A stretch of 64,000 bases of DNA, taken from the IMG/VR virus record IMGVR_UViG_3300049988_000286, positions 128,001 through 192,000 of that record; one strand, written 5' to 3'. Both the position numbers and the translations under genes were made by a program. The first letter of the stretch is position 1, and the number at the start of each line of letters is the position of its first letter. This document shows, piece after piece, positions 18,574 to 28,430 of this stretch. The DNA comes from a virus. Taxonomy: Duplodnaviria > Caudoviricetes. Below the pieces are notes generated by a model. That model worked only from the letters and a program-made list of their open reading frames with translations, had not been told where the DNA came from and made no database searches.

Positions 18574-19697
18574 TGTCACAGTCGATCAAATTCCCCCCTG
18601 CCCACTATGTTGGCATGATCACCAACCGCAACGGTGACGATCTCCCCCTTGGCTTCATGACCCCCGATGGCGACGACGCTGCCGCAAAGAACCGCCGCGC
18701 TAGTGTCGATGCGTGGGTGGCTCAGAACCACGGGCACCGTTCCAACCACCCCAAGGCGGTGGTGATGCCCAACACTGCGATGGCGGGTTTCCGGCTGCTC
18801 GACGATGTGCGTCGAGATTCCAGTTGGGGGTCGGGTAACGTGAAGTGGCGCGTAGAAGACCCGCGTGGCTTCGAGTTGGAGATATCATCCCCAAACCTCA
18901 TGAACATCCTCGCCTCCACTGTGGTGGATCAGGGTGAAGTCCTCGATCGATGTATCTGGGCACGGGAGGGCAAGGAGAACATTCTCGTGCCGCTATCGAG
19001 CGAGGTCTATCAGACCGCTGTTGCCAACACTGCGCGTGAGGCAAAGACCGCCTCGATCAAGGATACTCGCCCCGGTGACGCTGTAGTGCTTCGCAACGGC
19101 GACACGGGCATCTATCTCGGTCGAATGAACATGATCGATTGGGATTATACCGGTGGGTATAATCGGACACCCGCGCAGCCTATTACAGTCAAGCTGTTGC
19201 CTCGACACGTCTTTGTCTCTGTGGTTGATCGCAACATCTTTTATGTTTCGGCGACGCCGAAGCTGTCAGAAGTCACTCCGGGAACGCCGATCTCGCCCGA
19301 CGAGGCGGAAAACAACATCGCGGCGTGGATCGCCGATGGCTTCAAGCGTAACGGATCGAGCTACGGATCGCTCGGCTTCACGTTCAGCAAAACCCTCCCC
19401 ACTGTGACGAGGGAGAAAGTCGTGGAGACGTGGGACAAACAGAGAGGCCATTGCGTCTTCGAAGTCAACGGAGAGTTCTGGTCACCCTCCTACCTCTGGG
19501 AGTCATCTGATGAATTCAGCGCGAAGTTGATCGCTCGTGAAGACTGGGTGGATGGCAGCTTTATCCGACCGATAGGGTGGCGTAGTGTCGATCAGGACTT
19601 CAAGAAGAGCGATCTCATCGCAGCCGGGGTCACGCCCACGCGTGTCGTCTCGGTGATCACGACTGATGCGGGCGCGAGGTTCATTGTCGGGCATTGA
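18570..19697 (+). CDS. phage hypothetical protein
   Basis: 375 aa with PLGFMTP and EDPRGFELEISSPNL motifs. Confidence 0.75.
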   Translation: MMSQSIKFPPAHYVGMITNRNGDDLPLGFMTPDGDDAAAKNRRASVDAWVAQNHGHRSNHPKAVVMPNTAMAGFRLLDDVRRDSSWGSGNVKWRVEDPRGFELEISSPNLMNILASTVVDQGEVLDRCIWAREGKENILVPLSSEVYQTAVANTAREAKTASIKDTRPGDAVVLRNGDTGIYLGRMNMIDWDYTGGYNRTPAQPITVKLLPRHVFVSVVDRNIFYVSATPKLSEVTPGTPISPDEAENNIAAWIADGFKRNGSSYGSLGFTFSKTLPTVTREKVVETWDKQRGHCVFEVNGEFWSPSYLWESSDEFSAKLIAREDWVDGSFIRPIGWRSVDQDFKKSDLIAAGVTPTRVVSVITTDAGARFIVGH

Positions 19698-19700
19698 GGA

Positions 19701-19729
19701 TTGACTGGAGGGTGGGGGTGCGCTATACC
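19701..19729 (+). promoter_or_regulatory. sigma70-type promoter
   Basis: TTGACT-N17-TATACC (GCTATA context), then AAGGAG RBS. Confidence 0.65.
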
Positions 19730-19748
19730 GAACTGTAAGGAGCAGTTT

Positions 19749-20813
19749 ATGGCCACCACCACCCAGTATAATCCGCAGCGCGATATCGATGCGCGCCTCC
19801 GCGAGGCAGGGGCGTCGAAAACCGTTTACGCGCTCATCACCCCAGAGACGGAGGAGATGAAGGCGGAGGCGATGGGCTTCAATAGCCCGGAAGGCCGCGC
19901 CGCTTTTTTCGACCAGTTTCGTCGCGCGTGGACGGGCCAGCAGGATGCCCTGCACGAGGATTTCTTCGACACTTGGGAACAGTGGGCGGATCGTGCGGTC
20001 AAGTTCAACCGCGACGCCTACCCCTACCACTACCCCACCGCTGGTGCGAGCGAGGGGCTACGGCACCTCATCTACGATTTCGCAGCACGCGGCGGACGAA
20101 CCGTTCACGTCTTCCGTGGCGAGTATGAGGGGTACAAGTCGCTCGCTGAAGCCGCCGGGCTCACTGTCGAGGAGCACGATCGCGACAACTGGCGATACGA
20201 CCTGATCGAGAACGATCGGCTACAAGCCGAGTTTACCGGATCGGACGAGCGGATGTTCTTCATCAGCCAGCCGAGCGCCATCGACGGGATGGTATGGCAG
20301 GACTTCAACGAGTTCGTCGCCGATATGGCGCAGTCGAGCGTGGTAGCCGATGTCACCTATGTGGGGGCGGTGCCGGAGTGTGCCCTGACAACCCGCATCG
20401 ACCTCGACGCGATCTCGATTCGCAACATCGTGTTCAGCCTCTCCAAGCCGTTCGGCCTCTACTATGATCGCGTCGGCGGCATCTTCTGCCGCGACGAGGA
20501 TGGTGGACTGTTCGGCAACAAATGGTTCAAGTCTCTGACCGCACTGATGATCGGCACCGAGATGATGCGTCGCTTCGGTGTGTTCGATTTCCCCAATGCC
20601 CTCGCACCCGTGCAAGAGCGGATGATCGAGAAGGTCAACCGGACCCTTGGGCTCACGTTGCGCGCCGCCGATGTCTTTCTTCTCGGCACCAGCGACGAAG
20701 GCGGTGACGATCCTCTGCGCACCTATCTGCGTCGCGCGGGCAAGCTGCGTGTCTGCCTGACGCCCGGCATGGCGCAGGAGATCGGCACGGCCGGTTTCGT
20801 GGGGGACGAGTGA
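19749..20813 (+). CDS. PLP-dependent fold-type I enzyme (aminotransferase/decarboxylase-like)
   Basis: TAGASEGL, ISQPSAIDG, VADVTYVG, FSLSKPFGL..RVG (PLP-lysine motif). Confidence 0.75.
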   Translation: MATTTQYNPQRDIDARLREAGASKTVYALITPETEEMKAEAMGFNSPEGRAAFFDQFRRAWTGQQDALHEDFFDTWEQWADRAVKFNRDAYPYHYPTAGASEGLRHLIYDFAARGGRTVHVFRGEYEGYKSLAEAAGLTVEEHDRDNWRYDLIENDRLQAEFTGSDERMFFISQPSAIDGMVWQDFNEFVADMAQSSVVADVTYVGAVPECALTTRIDLDAISIRNIVFSLSKPFGLYYDRVGGIFCRDEDGGLFGNKWFKSLTALMIGTEMMRRFGVFDFPNALAPVQERMIEKVNRTLGLTLRAADVFLLGTSDEGGDDPLRTYLRRAGKLRVCLTPGMAQEIGTAGFVGDE

Positions 20814-21085
20814 TGGCGACCTTCTACGTCATCCGCTTCGCACGAACCGTTTCCGCGAGCGAGTTGTTCGGTCACATCAAGCCGGGCGTCCATGGCGATT
20901 ACGCTATCATCGAAGCGGGGTGTTACTGGGGCTCGGGCATCGATCCGAGTACCTTCAACGTTTCGTTTGATAAAGCCCGATTTTTCACCAAGGCCGAAGC
21001 GGAGCGTCGCTTTGCAAACCTTGCTATCGACTATCCCGCCGATGTTGCGGCGATCCTTCCCGTGCAGGTGGAGGAACCGGCATGA
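20810..21085 (+). CDS. hypothetical protein
   Basis: Coupled between the PLP enzyme and the HExxH ORF. Confidence 0.6.
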   Translation: MMATFYVIRFARTVSASELFGHIKPGVHGDYAIIEAGCYWGSGIDPSTFNVSFDKARFFTKAEAERRFANLAIDYPADVAAILPVQVEEPA

Positions 21086-21915
21086 AGATCGCTGCCGTCC
21101 TCGTCGAGCGCGATGATATCCACGACTACATGATGGGCCTGTGGCAGTCCGATGTCTTTCGAGCGTCGCACCTCGCGGGCACTTTCGTGCATGAACAGGT
21201 GGAGCGGTTCGCGTGGCTGCCGCGTGTCTTCGCAACAACCACGAACGACTACCTTGAGCGCAGTCATTTCTGCACGTGGTGGAATGTCGTGATGCTTCGC
21301 GACGGCTACACCAATCCGATCATCCACGACCTCTACTACCTGCATGAGATGGCTCATGCGGCGACGATGCCGTATCTGCGCGATATCTCCATGACTGCGT
21401 GGTCGGAGAAGATGCAGCGCAACGAACTCGAAGCTAGCGTCTTGTCCGAGATCGCGGTCTACTTCGAGATGCCCGGCCTTCGCGAGTGCAGCTTCCCGCA
21501 TCCCATCTACGCCGATCGCTTCCTGCTCGATCCCGACATGCGCGATCTGTGGTCGGCCAACCCCGCAGCGGCGATCGACACGCTGCGCACCATGCGGCGC
21601 GAGGTCATGACCGGGCGGAACGATCTGCTGCTCGATGATGCGGAGCGCTGGATCAGACGGTTCGCCGACCAGAACGCCGCATGGGCGGTGTCGTGGTCGC
21701 ACCGCTACCTCGATGTCGAGAACTTCATGGCGGCATTCCGCCCTTTGGCGGCGCGCAACCGGGCAGAGGCGGCGGCGCAACACGTTGCGTGGATCGGCGC
21801 AGAAGCGGCGCGAGACCCCGTGGACCTCATTCCCTTCCGGGATGAGGCAGAATTGTTTTCGCCCTTCTACTGGACGAATAAGCGGCGTTATGAGGCTGCG
21901 ATGCAGGAAAGGTGA
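21082..21915 (+). CDS. putative gluzincin-type metalloprotein
   Basis: YLHEMAH followed by RNELEAS (third-ligand Glu). Confidence 0.55.
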   Translation: MKIAAVLVERDDIHDYMMGLWQSDVFRASHLAGTFVHEQVERFAWLPRVFATTTNDYLERSHFCTWWNVVMLRDGYTNPIIHDLYYLHEMAHAATMPYLRDISMTAWSEKMQRNELEASVLSEIAVYFEMPGLRECSFPHPIYADRFLLDPDMRDLWSANPAAAIDTLRTMRREVMTGRNDLLLDDAERWIRRFADQNAAWAVSWSHRYLDVENFMAAFRPLAARNRAEAAAQHVAWIGAEAARDPVDLIPFRDEAELFSPFYWTNKRRYEAAMQER

Positions 21916-21930
21916 TCCGCTAAATACGGG

Positions 21931-23631
21931 ATGCGCGATCTCCTCAATATCCTGAACGAAACCTCCCTCCTCACCGAGTCCCGCAAGGACTATGAATCGA
22001 TGATCAACCCGGTGCTGGATGCACTGGGGAAGCCCACGGGCGAGGGGAGCAAGATCGCTGTTGATGTCAACGCGACGCTTCGTGACAAGATCATCAAGCG
22101 TTGGGGGGAGATCGTTGCGGAGGCGATGAAGACGCTCAAGAAGGCGGATCGTGTCACATGGTTCCTCCGCGCCATGCGCATCGGTATGGTGGGATCATAT
22201 GCGAAGCATCTTGATCCGGTCCGAACAAGTAAGATGGTGCGCGACTTCGAGGCTCGCTCTGGCACGCCGTTCGATCAGGATCACTTCCCCCTGATGGCAG
22301 CCCTGCCGGAATTGGAGCACTTCCTCTCCCTCCCCATCCCAGAGATCGCCAACTACCAGTTTCGCTTTCAGTCATGGACTGAAATCCACTCCACCTTCGT
22401 GGCGGCGGAGAGCCGGTGGAAGTCCACGGTCGAGAACAGCTTCGTCGATGATGATTGCAAGACGATCATCGATTTCAAGAACGGCTGGTTCTGGGTCAAC
22501 ACCGAGCGGGCATCCTGCGACAAAGAGTCACAGGCGATGGGGCATTGTGGCAACTCACCGCGCTCACGCAGCGATGATCAGCTATTGAGCCTTCGCAAGA
22601 AGATCATGGTGGGAGATCAGGCTCGCTGGGAGCCGCACCTGACGTTCATCCTCGCCCGTGATGGGTTCCTGACCGAGATGAAGGGTCGGAACAACGACAA
22701 GCCAGTCGAGAAATACCATAAGATGATCGTCGCCCTGTTGGCCGATCCGATCATCAAAGGTATTCGTGGTGGAGGTTATTTGCCGCAAAACAACTTCTCG
22801 ATGGATGATCTGGACGCTGGTCTGCGGAACAAGCTGATCGAAGAGAAACCCGAACTCGGCTCAACATGGAACCTGTATGAGAAGTACGGTCTCACTGATG
22901 CGGTCTTTGATCGCGTTTGTGAACGACTGCGGACCCACGGGTTGGAGGAGCCGCACGAATTCGATGCCGACACGGGAACCATCGTAATATTCGATGGGAC
23001 GCTTGCAAAATTTGCTGTGGGCGAACTTGATCTCGACTCCGATGTCGTCAATCTCGCGACCGGTGATCGTGACGAGATCGAATGGCTGGACACCAGCCCA
23101 GCGGAGGGTTTGCGCATCATCGAGGGGTTGGACGAAGACCCCGACACCGAGCACGACATCATCGGTCTCATTGCCAGCCTGATCCACCTCGACAAGGACC
23201 AAGCCATCGACGGTCTCCTCCACACATTCCCGAAGTCGGTCGCATCGATCTGGGACGAGGTGTGGGAACAGGTTCGCACCACGGCGCACGATCAACTCGT
23301 CTCATTCGTTGATAATCAGTCGTTTGACTACCGCGCCCTGATGGTCACGGTCACCGGTGACAACGTTCGCGTCACGGTAGACGCAGAGACTCTGATCAAC
23401 GATATCGCGTCTGTCATCGACAAGGACGAGAACATCGATGACGACAACAACTTCGAAGCGTCGGTACGATCAGGGCTGTGGTTTGAAAAGGACAGCTACG
23501 GCTATGACGCCGACCCGGAGGAGGCTAATGAGCCGAAGCTAGACGAGTACGAGGCAGAAGCGTTCCGCGCATTGTCTCGGCACATCCGAGGCCTGTTCGA
23601 CCACTCCGACCAGTTGGAATTCGGTTTCTGA
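21931..23631 (+). CDS. late protein with PcfJ-like domain
   Basis: ESQAMGHCG...LSLR...PHLT...EMKGRNN pattern; TAAATA-cggg-ATG; ends QLEFGF. Confidence 0.6.
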   Translation: MRDLLNILNETSLLTESRKDYESMINPVLDALGKPTGEGSKIAVDVNATLRDKIIKRWGEIVAEAMKTLKKADRVTWFLRAMRIGMVGSYAKHLDPVRTSKMVRDFEARSGTPFDQDHFPLMAALPELEHFLSLPIPEIANYQFRFQSWTEIHSTFVAAESRWKSTVENSFVDDDCKTIIDFKNGWFWVNTERASCDKESQAMGHCGNSPRSRSDDQLLSLRKKIMVGDQARWEPHLTFILARDGFLTEMKGRNNDKPVEKYHKMIVALLADPIIKGIRGGGYLPQNNFSMDDLDAGLRNKLIEEKPELGSTWNLYEKYGLTDAVFDRVCERLRTHGLEEPHEFDADTGTIVIFDGTLAKFAVGELDLDSDVVNLATGDRDEIEWLDTSPAEGLRIIEGLDEDPDTEHDIIGLIASLIHLDKDQAIDGLLHTFPKSVASIWDEVWEQVRTTAHDQLVSFVDNQSFDYRALMVTVTGDNVRVTVDAETLINDIASVIDKDENIDDDNNFEASVRSGLWFEKDSYGYDADPEEANEPKLDEYEAEAFRALSRHIRGLFDHSDQLEFGF

Positions 23632-24192
23632 TCAGGCACGTGGCAAGGAGGGCTTTGTATCCTCCTCGCCCGCGAAGGGATCGGTGGGGTTCTTCCGGGA
23701 TTGCTCCGCTGCACAAGCGCGCAGTCCCGCGACCGCTTGGCCGCTACCCTTGAGGCTGAAGCTCTTCAACAGCACATCCCCATAGAAGAAGGCCAGCATG
23801 TCGTATCGTGCGACATCGACGAGGAATTCGGCGCTCATCTTGCGGGTGAAATGGATGCGACCATCGACCTCGAAGGTCTTGAAATCCTTTTCGCCCCAGC
23901 CTTCATCGAGCGAACCGCTCACCCCGCGATTGGCAAAATACGTGTTCAGCTTTCGCGACTCGCCGCCCTTGAGCGCCTTGACGCTCGGATCACTGAACGC
24001 GACCGCTACCTCGTTGGTGCGATCGTCGTAAGTGATCATCAGCGAGGAGTTGTTGTCGAACTCTCCGTAGAGCGCGCAGTCGTTCGTATTACGAGCCACG
24101 TTCCAGTGGTCGTAGTGGCGATACGGCTGCAACTCTCCGACCGCCGGGGTGGCAATCAACAGGGCCGTCATGCAGAGAAGGCGAGCGAACAT
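23632..24192 (-). CDS. putative secreted/periplasmic protein
   Basis: Signal-peptide-like N-terminus. Confidence 0.65.
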   Translation of the reverse strand: MFARLLCMTALLIATPAVGELQPYRHYDHWNVARNTNDCALYGEFDNNSSLMITYDDRTNEVAVAFSDPSVKALKGGESRKLNTYFANRGVSGSLDEGWGEKDFKTFEVDGRIHFTRKMSAEFLVDVARYDMLAFFYGDVLLKSFSLKGSGQAVAGLRACAAEQSRKNPTDPFAGEEDTKPSLPRA

Positions 24193-24236
24193 TTGAATTC
24201 CTTTCGTGATCGTGATGCCGAACTATCCCCTGCGGG

Positions 24237-24698
24237 TCAAGCGACAAAATCATCCGCTCGCCGATACACGCCCTGTATCAACTCCTTACAGGTAAGGAGG
24301 TAGTTCATCATCGTGACATCGAAGCCCTCGAAGCACGGCAGTGAGAGATCGTTGGAACGGATGCGGTCGATGCGACTGCGCGGAATATTCTTGCGGTTGA
24401 GCGCCTCTCGCCACGCCGTCACCGAGGCCGGGTAATCGACATCGTGACGCTCGGTGCAGAATAGAAGCTCTCGCTCCACCGCTGCGAGGAGGGCGTGGTA
24501 ATCCGGAAGGGCGACGATCTCGAAACCATGCACCCCATCGCGCTCCTCAACCGGCTGCATGACGGTCACGCCGAAGTGCTCGACCAATGCCGTGTAGCTG
24601 GCCAACAAGGACTGGCTGCTCGGCAAACTGGGCTCCCAATAGAGGGAAACCCATTGCGGCTTGATGATCTGTCTGGCGTTCAGACTATTGAGCAGCAC
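24237..24698 (-). CDS. hypothetical protein
   Basis: ORF track. Confidence 0.55.
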   Translation of the reverse strand: MLLNSLNARQIIKPQWVSLYWEPSLPSSQSLLASYTALVEHFGVTVMQPVEERDGVHGFEIVALPDYHALLAAVERELLFCTERHDVDYPASVTAWREALNRKNIPRSRIDRIRSNDLSLPCFEGFDVTMMNYLLTCKELIQGVYRRADDFVA

Positions 24699-25200
24699 CG
24701 AACCACTCGGGCTTTAGTTCACGAAGCTGACGCAGCGACGATTCCGCCGATGTGTGGGTGATCCACAGACCACCAGCCTCCTCCCACGCCGCACGATGCT
24801 TCTCGCGATCGTCGATCAGGACATCGCCGGGCTGCATGTGGAGGCGCTTGTCCTTCGCCATGCAGGTGATCATTTTCGTATCCGGGAAGTGATGCTTCGC
24901 CCACGCCAGCTTGTCCGCTGGTGCCCAATCACCAAAGGGACAACCGGTCAGGATGATTGGATCGAGATGGCGCACACCCTCGTAGAGGACCATCGCATCG
25001 GGCATCAGCGGCAGGGCGCGGAAGAACCCCTGCCCCTCCGGGCAGCGATAGTGCCGAAGCTCTCGCCAGAACGCCTTCGACTTGAACTTGGCCTCGTACT
25101 CACCCGAGGGCATTCCGAGGATTTGCTCTGCGAGTGTATCGAAATCGGCGAGGACACCATCGCAATCGATGAAGATTTGAGGAGGGTGGGTAGTAGTCAT
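24685..25200 (-). CDS. 5'(3')-deoxyribonucleotidase-like HAD phosphatase
   Basis: IFIDCDGVLADF, KLAWAKHHF, GDVLIDDR; GGAG RBS. Confidence 0.85.
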   Translation of the reverse strand: MTTTHPPQIFIDCDGVLADFDTLAEQILGMPSGEYEAKFKSKAFWRELRHYRCPEGQGFFRALPLMPDAMVLYEGVRHLDPIILTGCPFGDWAPADKLAWAKHHFPDTKMITCMAKDKRLHMQPGDVLIDDREKHRAAWEEAGGLWITHTSAESSLRQLRELKPEWFGAAQ

Positions 25201-25279
25201 GTGGTCTCCTTTACAGTAATGATTTCGTTTGTCAACGCTACAATATAGCGAAGCCGTGCAGCGTTCAGTATGATTGTGC

Positions 25280-26080
25280 ATGACCGGAACAGAAGTCCAG
25301 ATTGGCGATCACCGAATAACGCACGGCGAGTGCCTCGCCGTGATGGCCAAGATACCAGATCACAGCATCGACTTCGTTCTCTGCGATCCCCCTTTTGGAA
25401 CCATCAATTGGAAGTGCCCAGAGAAGTGGGACAATGTGATTCCTTTCTCTGATATGTGGTCTGCTTATTGGCGCGTCCTGAAGCCCAAGGGCGTTATCGC
25501 GCTATTCGGCAACGAACCCTTCTCTACGCTGCTCAAGGCGAGCCAACTCACCCGATACAAATACGACTACGTTTGGCGCAAGTCTCGTCCCGGTGGATTC
25601 GCGAACGCGAAGGTAAAACCTTTGAAGCAATATGAGTTGATTTCGATCTTCTCCGAGGGGACGACTTCACCGGGTCGGCCCAACAACATGCCCTATTACC
25701 CGCAAGGTTTGGTCCGCTGCGAAAAGAAGGTCAAGAACAGCGGCAACTCCCGTATCGGCTTCACCGTTCGTAACGGTAATCCGGCCGAGTACGTGCAGGA
25801 GTGGACCAACTATCCCGGCGATGTATTGGAATACGCGAACGAAAACGGCTTTCATCCCACGCAGAAGCCAGTCCCGTTGCTCGAACATCTGATCCGCACT
25901 TACTCAACGGAGGGCGGCATCGTCCTCGACAACACGATGGGGAGTGGCTCAACCGGCGTGGCGGCAGCAAAGAGTGGTAGGCGCTTCATCGGCATCGAGC
26001 AAGAGGAGAAGTATTTCGCCATCGCGGAGCAGAGGATCAGGGAGGCGTGCCCCGATCCCGATGATCTCATTCAGCTTTAG
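25280..26080 (+). CDS. DNA N6-adenine/N4-cytosine methyltransferase (beta class), orphan
   Basis: DPPFG, HPTQKP, VLDNTMGSGSTG, FIGIE. Confidence 0.92.
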   Translation: MTGTEVQIGDHRITHGECLAVMAKIPDHSIDFVLCDPPFGTINWKCPEKWDNVIPFSDMWSAYWRVLKPKGVIALFGNEPFSTLLKASQLTRYKYDYVWRKSRPGGFANAKVKPLKQYELISIFSEGTTSPGRPNNMPYYPQGLVRCEKKVKNSGNSRIGFTVRNGNPAEYVQEWTNYPGDVLEYANENGFHPTQKPVPLLEHLIRTYSTEGGIVLDNTMGSGSTGVAAAKSGRRFIGIEQEEKYFAIAEQRIREACPDPDDLIQL

Positions 26081-26589
26081 ACGATCTTGAGTAATGGGTG
26101 TTCGATCAAGTCGGTGAAGGGTCGCGCACCCTCCTCGGTCATGGCAATCGCGTGAGCGGCCTCGAAGGCCTCGCTCGTCATCTCGATCGAGGCGAGGAAG
26201 CGCGACAGCGGCGTGATCCCGCGATCGGTGATACAAAACTCTTCGGCCTCGGTTCTCACGGATACTGGGCGGGAACCTTCGCGCGATAGCGGCTGGTAGA
26301 AGTCGAATGGGCGGATGAAGAATCGCTGACGCAGCTTCTGCTGATCGATGACGAACACTACACCGCCCTTGGCCCACGTGCGAGCGAAGCGGGGGTTGCG
26401 GGTCAGCGATACACCACTGATGAGATTAGGGCGACCGGGCGCGAAATCGAAGCCGAGCCGTCGATAATTGTGCATCGTATGGGGGCGGAGCGTATCGGAG
26501 GCCAGAATCTGAACAGCGGTGGCGAGGGGAGCGCCATGATAGAGGTGAGCATCCCGCACCCCCTCTTCGATAATCTCGCTCCAACGCAT
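26077..26589 (-). CDS. putative ADP-ribosyltransferase-fold late protein
   Basis: LYHG ... GVSLTR ... EAEE triad; TAAATA-gtgg-ATG. Confidence 0.6.
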   Translation of the reverse strand: MRWSEIIEEGVRDAHLYHGAPLATAVQILASDTLRPHTMHNYRRLGFDFAPGRPNLISGVSLTRNPRFARTWAKGGVVFVIDQQKLRQRFFIRPFDFYQPLSREGSRPVSVRTEAEEFCITDRGITPLSRFLASIEMTSEAFEAAHAIAMTEEGARPFTDLIEHPLLKIV

Positions 26590-26747
26590 CCACTATTTAG
26601 GAATACTCGGAACGCACTCGCTCCACTTCATCCGCGATCCGGATCAAGGCGGATCGCCATCTCGCGTCCTCCACCTCGAACGCCACCAGACGGAGACGCG
26701 TCGGATCGAAGGTCTCCGTCCAGTAATCGTGCAAGTGGGAGGGGGCG

Positions 26748-26948
26748 TTAGTCGGCGGCGTATTCGACACGGAGCCGGGCATTGAAACCGCTGCGCTGGA
26801 CGATCTCCGCGTCGCGGATGTGGTCGCAAATCAGAACGGGCTGGACACCACCACCGAGCATCGGCTCGAAAACGAGGTCGAGCGGTCCGAAGCCGTTTGC
26901 GTCAACGGCGTTCTTGGCCGCGTCGGCGCTCTGGTACTGATTAAACAT
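26748..26948 (-). CDS. small hypothetical protein
   Basis: GAGGAG RBS before ATG 26948. Confidence 0.55.
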   Translation of the reverse strand: MFNQYQSADAAKNAVDANGFGPLDLVFEPMLGGGVQPVLICDHIRDAEIVQRSGFNARLRVEYAAD

Positions 26949-27004
26949 ATGTGTCTCCTCGGCACCAGCTACGCGGCGTCCACCCATGTGGTCAACGGGA
27001 ACAA

Positions 27005-27529
27005 TCAAAGAACATTGGTCAAAAATCGCTCGATCGTCCTTTCTAGCGAACTGACATGGATAAAGCCGTATCGTGGCGGATTGGGCCAAGTCAGCGCACG
27101 GATGTTCAGGTCTGGATAGAGCGACACTACCGTGCCACCGCGTTGAAAGTTGAGCATCGCGTCGGTGGGGGCAACCTGCCAATCGGAGAGGTGATCGGCC
27201 AGCCGGGCAGCGACTCGTTCCCAGCCCATTAGACTATCCCCCTGATGATCGCTTTCCGCCGCGCAGTATCGATCTCCGGAAGCGCATCGCCATAGCGATT
27301 GCTGTTCTTCGTCCATCGCGAATATGGCTTCATCCGTCAAATGCCCGTCGCCCCCGATAACGTAGGGGATACCGATCTGGTCAAGGATTTCGCACGCCCG
27401 AGTGGATGCGAAAAACGCCTCTGCTTTGTCTTTGCGGGTTCCGGGAAGGTAGCCCCGCGATGCATGTTCAACTCCGACGACATCTAGGAGGACGTTGATC
27501 CGATAGGTGCGGAACGTCAGCCCCACCAT
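27005..27529 (-). CDS. hypothetical protein
   Basis: ORF track. Confidence 0.6.
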   Translation of the reverse strand: MVGLTFRTYRINVLLDVVGVEHASRGYLPGTRKDKAEAFFASTRACEILDQIGIPYVIGGDGHLTDEAIFAMDEEQQSLWRCASGDRYCAAESDHQGDSLMGWERVAARLADHLSDWQVAPTDAMLNFQRGGTVVSLYPDLNIRALTWPNPPRYGFIHVSSLERTIERFLTNVL

Positions 27530-28125
27530 TGTGCCCTCATCGGCCGAAGCTTACCCACGCCGGGTAGTGCGAGGATGTTGTACTCGGTGAGCCACCAGCG
27601 CAAGATGTCGGGAACGCCGTGTTGGAGACCATCTAATTTGACTTTGCTCATGACACGCACACCGTTCCCGTCCATGTACTCGTCCCAGAACGGGTTCAGG
27701 TTACCCCGTGGAAGGTAATCGATCTGTGACTGGAGTGTTTCTTCCTCATAATTCATAGCAAGATACCAATCGATGTCATCATCGAACCGGTACCACTTCT
27801 TTGCCAAATCACTGTTGGGGATGAACAACACATGGTCGCGGTCATCACCACTTCCGATAATGTGGATCAGGCTGGTAAGTCTAACACCGTCCGCGAGCAC
27901 CTTGCTGCTTGTGCCAAGTTCGTACTCGCGCAAGGGTCCGCCGTAGTAGATCGGCCCCTTATCGGGAAGGTGATCATCGAGCGCATCATGGAGGCAATCA
28001 TCGTCGGGGGTCATGTCGATCAAACACGACTCCACGAACTCCCCGTAGGGCATCGCGTAGCCGATCGCTCGATGGATGCGCGAAGGCATCAAAGCCCCGA
28101 GTAGAGCCAGCGAGAAGTGATCCAA
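27517..28125 (-). CDS. hypothetical protein
   Basis: ORF track. Confidence 0.65.
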   Translation of the reverse strand: MDHFSLALLGALMPSRIHRAIGYAMPYGEFVESCLIDMTPDDDCLHDALDDHLPDKGPIYYGGPLREYELGTSSKVLADGVRLTSLIHIIGSGDDRDHVLFIPNSDLAKKWYRFDDDIDWYLAMNYEEETLQSQIDYLPRGNLNPFWDEYMDGNGVRVMSKVKLDGLQHGVPDILRWWLTEYNILALPGVGKLRPMRAQWWG

Positions 28126-28430
28126 ATGAAGAGCACGACGAAGATGACGCCGTATATGCGCGTATAGATCGCCACATCATGCCGCCACTCCAGCGATTCG
28201 CCATGGACGATTTTCTGCACGGCACAATCCTGCACGTATGACCAGATCGAGAACAGCGCCGAGGCGAGCGTCAGAATGGCGAATGGCCAGATGCTCTTCG
28301 ACCAATGGGTGAGCCACACGCCGATCGCCGAGACGGGCGGGACGAACGTGATGACGTGCTCCCACCAGACAGCGCGGCTGTCGTGCTTGAGGGCGTGGTT
28401 GCGATACCAGTAGGTGAAATCGTGGATCAT
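28089..28430 (-). CDS. membrane protein
   Basis: Three hydrophobic segments. Confidence 0.6.
   Translation of the reverse strand: MIHDFTYWYRNHALKHDSRAVWWEHVITFVPPVSAIGVWLTHWSKSIWPFAILTLASALFSIWSYVQDCAVQKIVHGESLEWRHDVAIYTRIYGVIFVVLFIWITSRWLYSGL

Noticed and set aside
26597-26782. Small minus-strand ORF upstream of the ART-like gene
   Set aside because: No convincing start codon or RBS; left unannotated.
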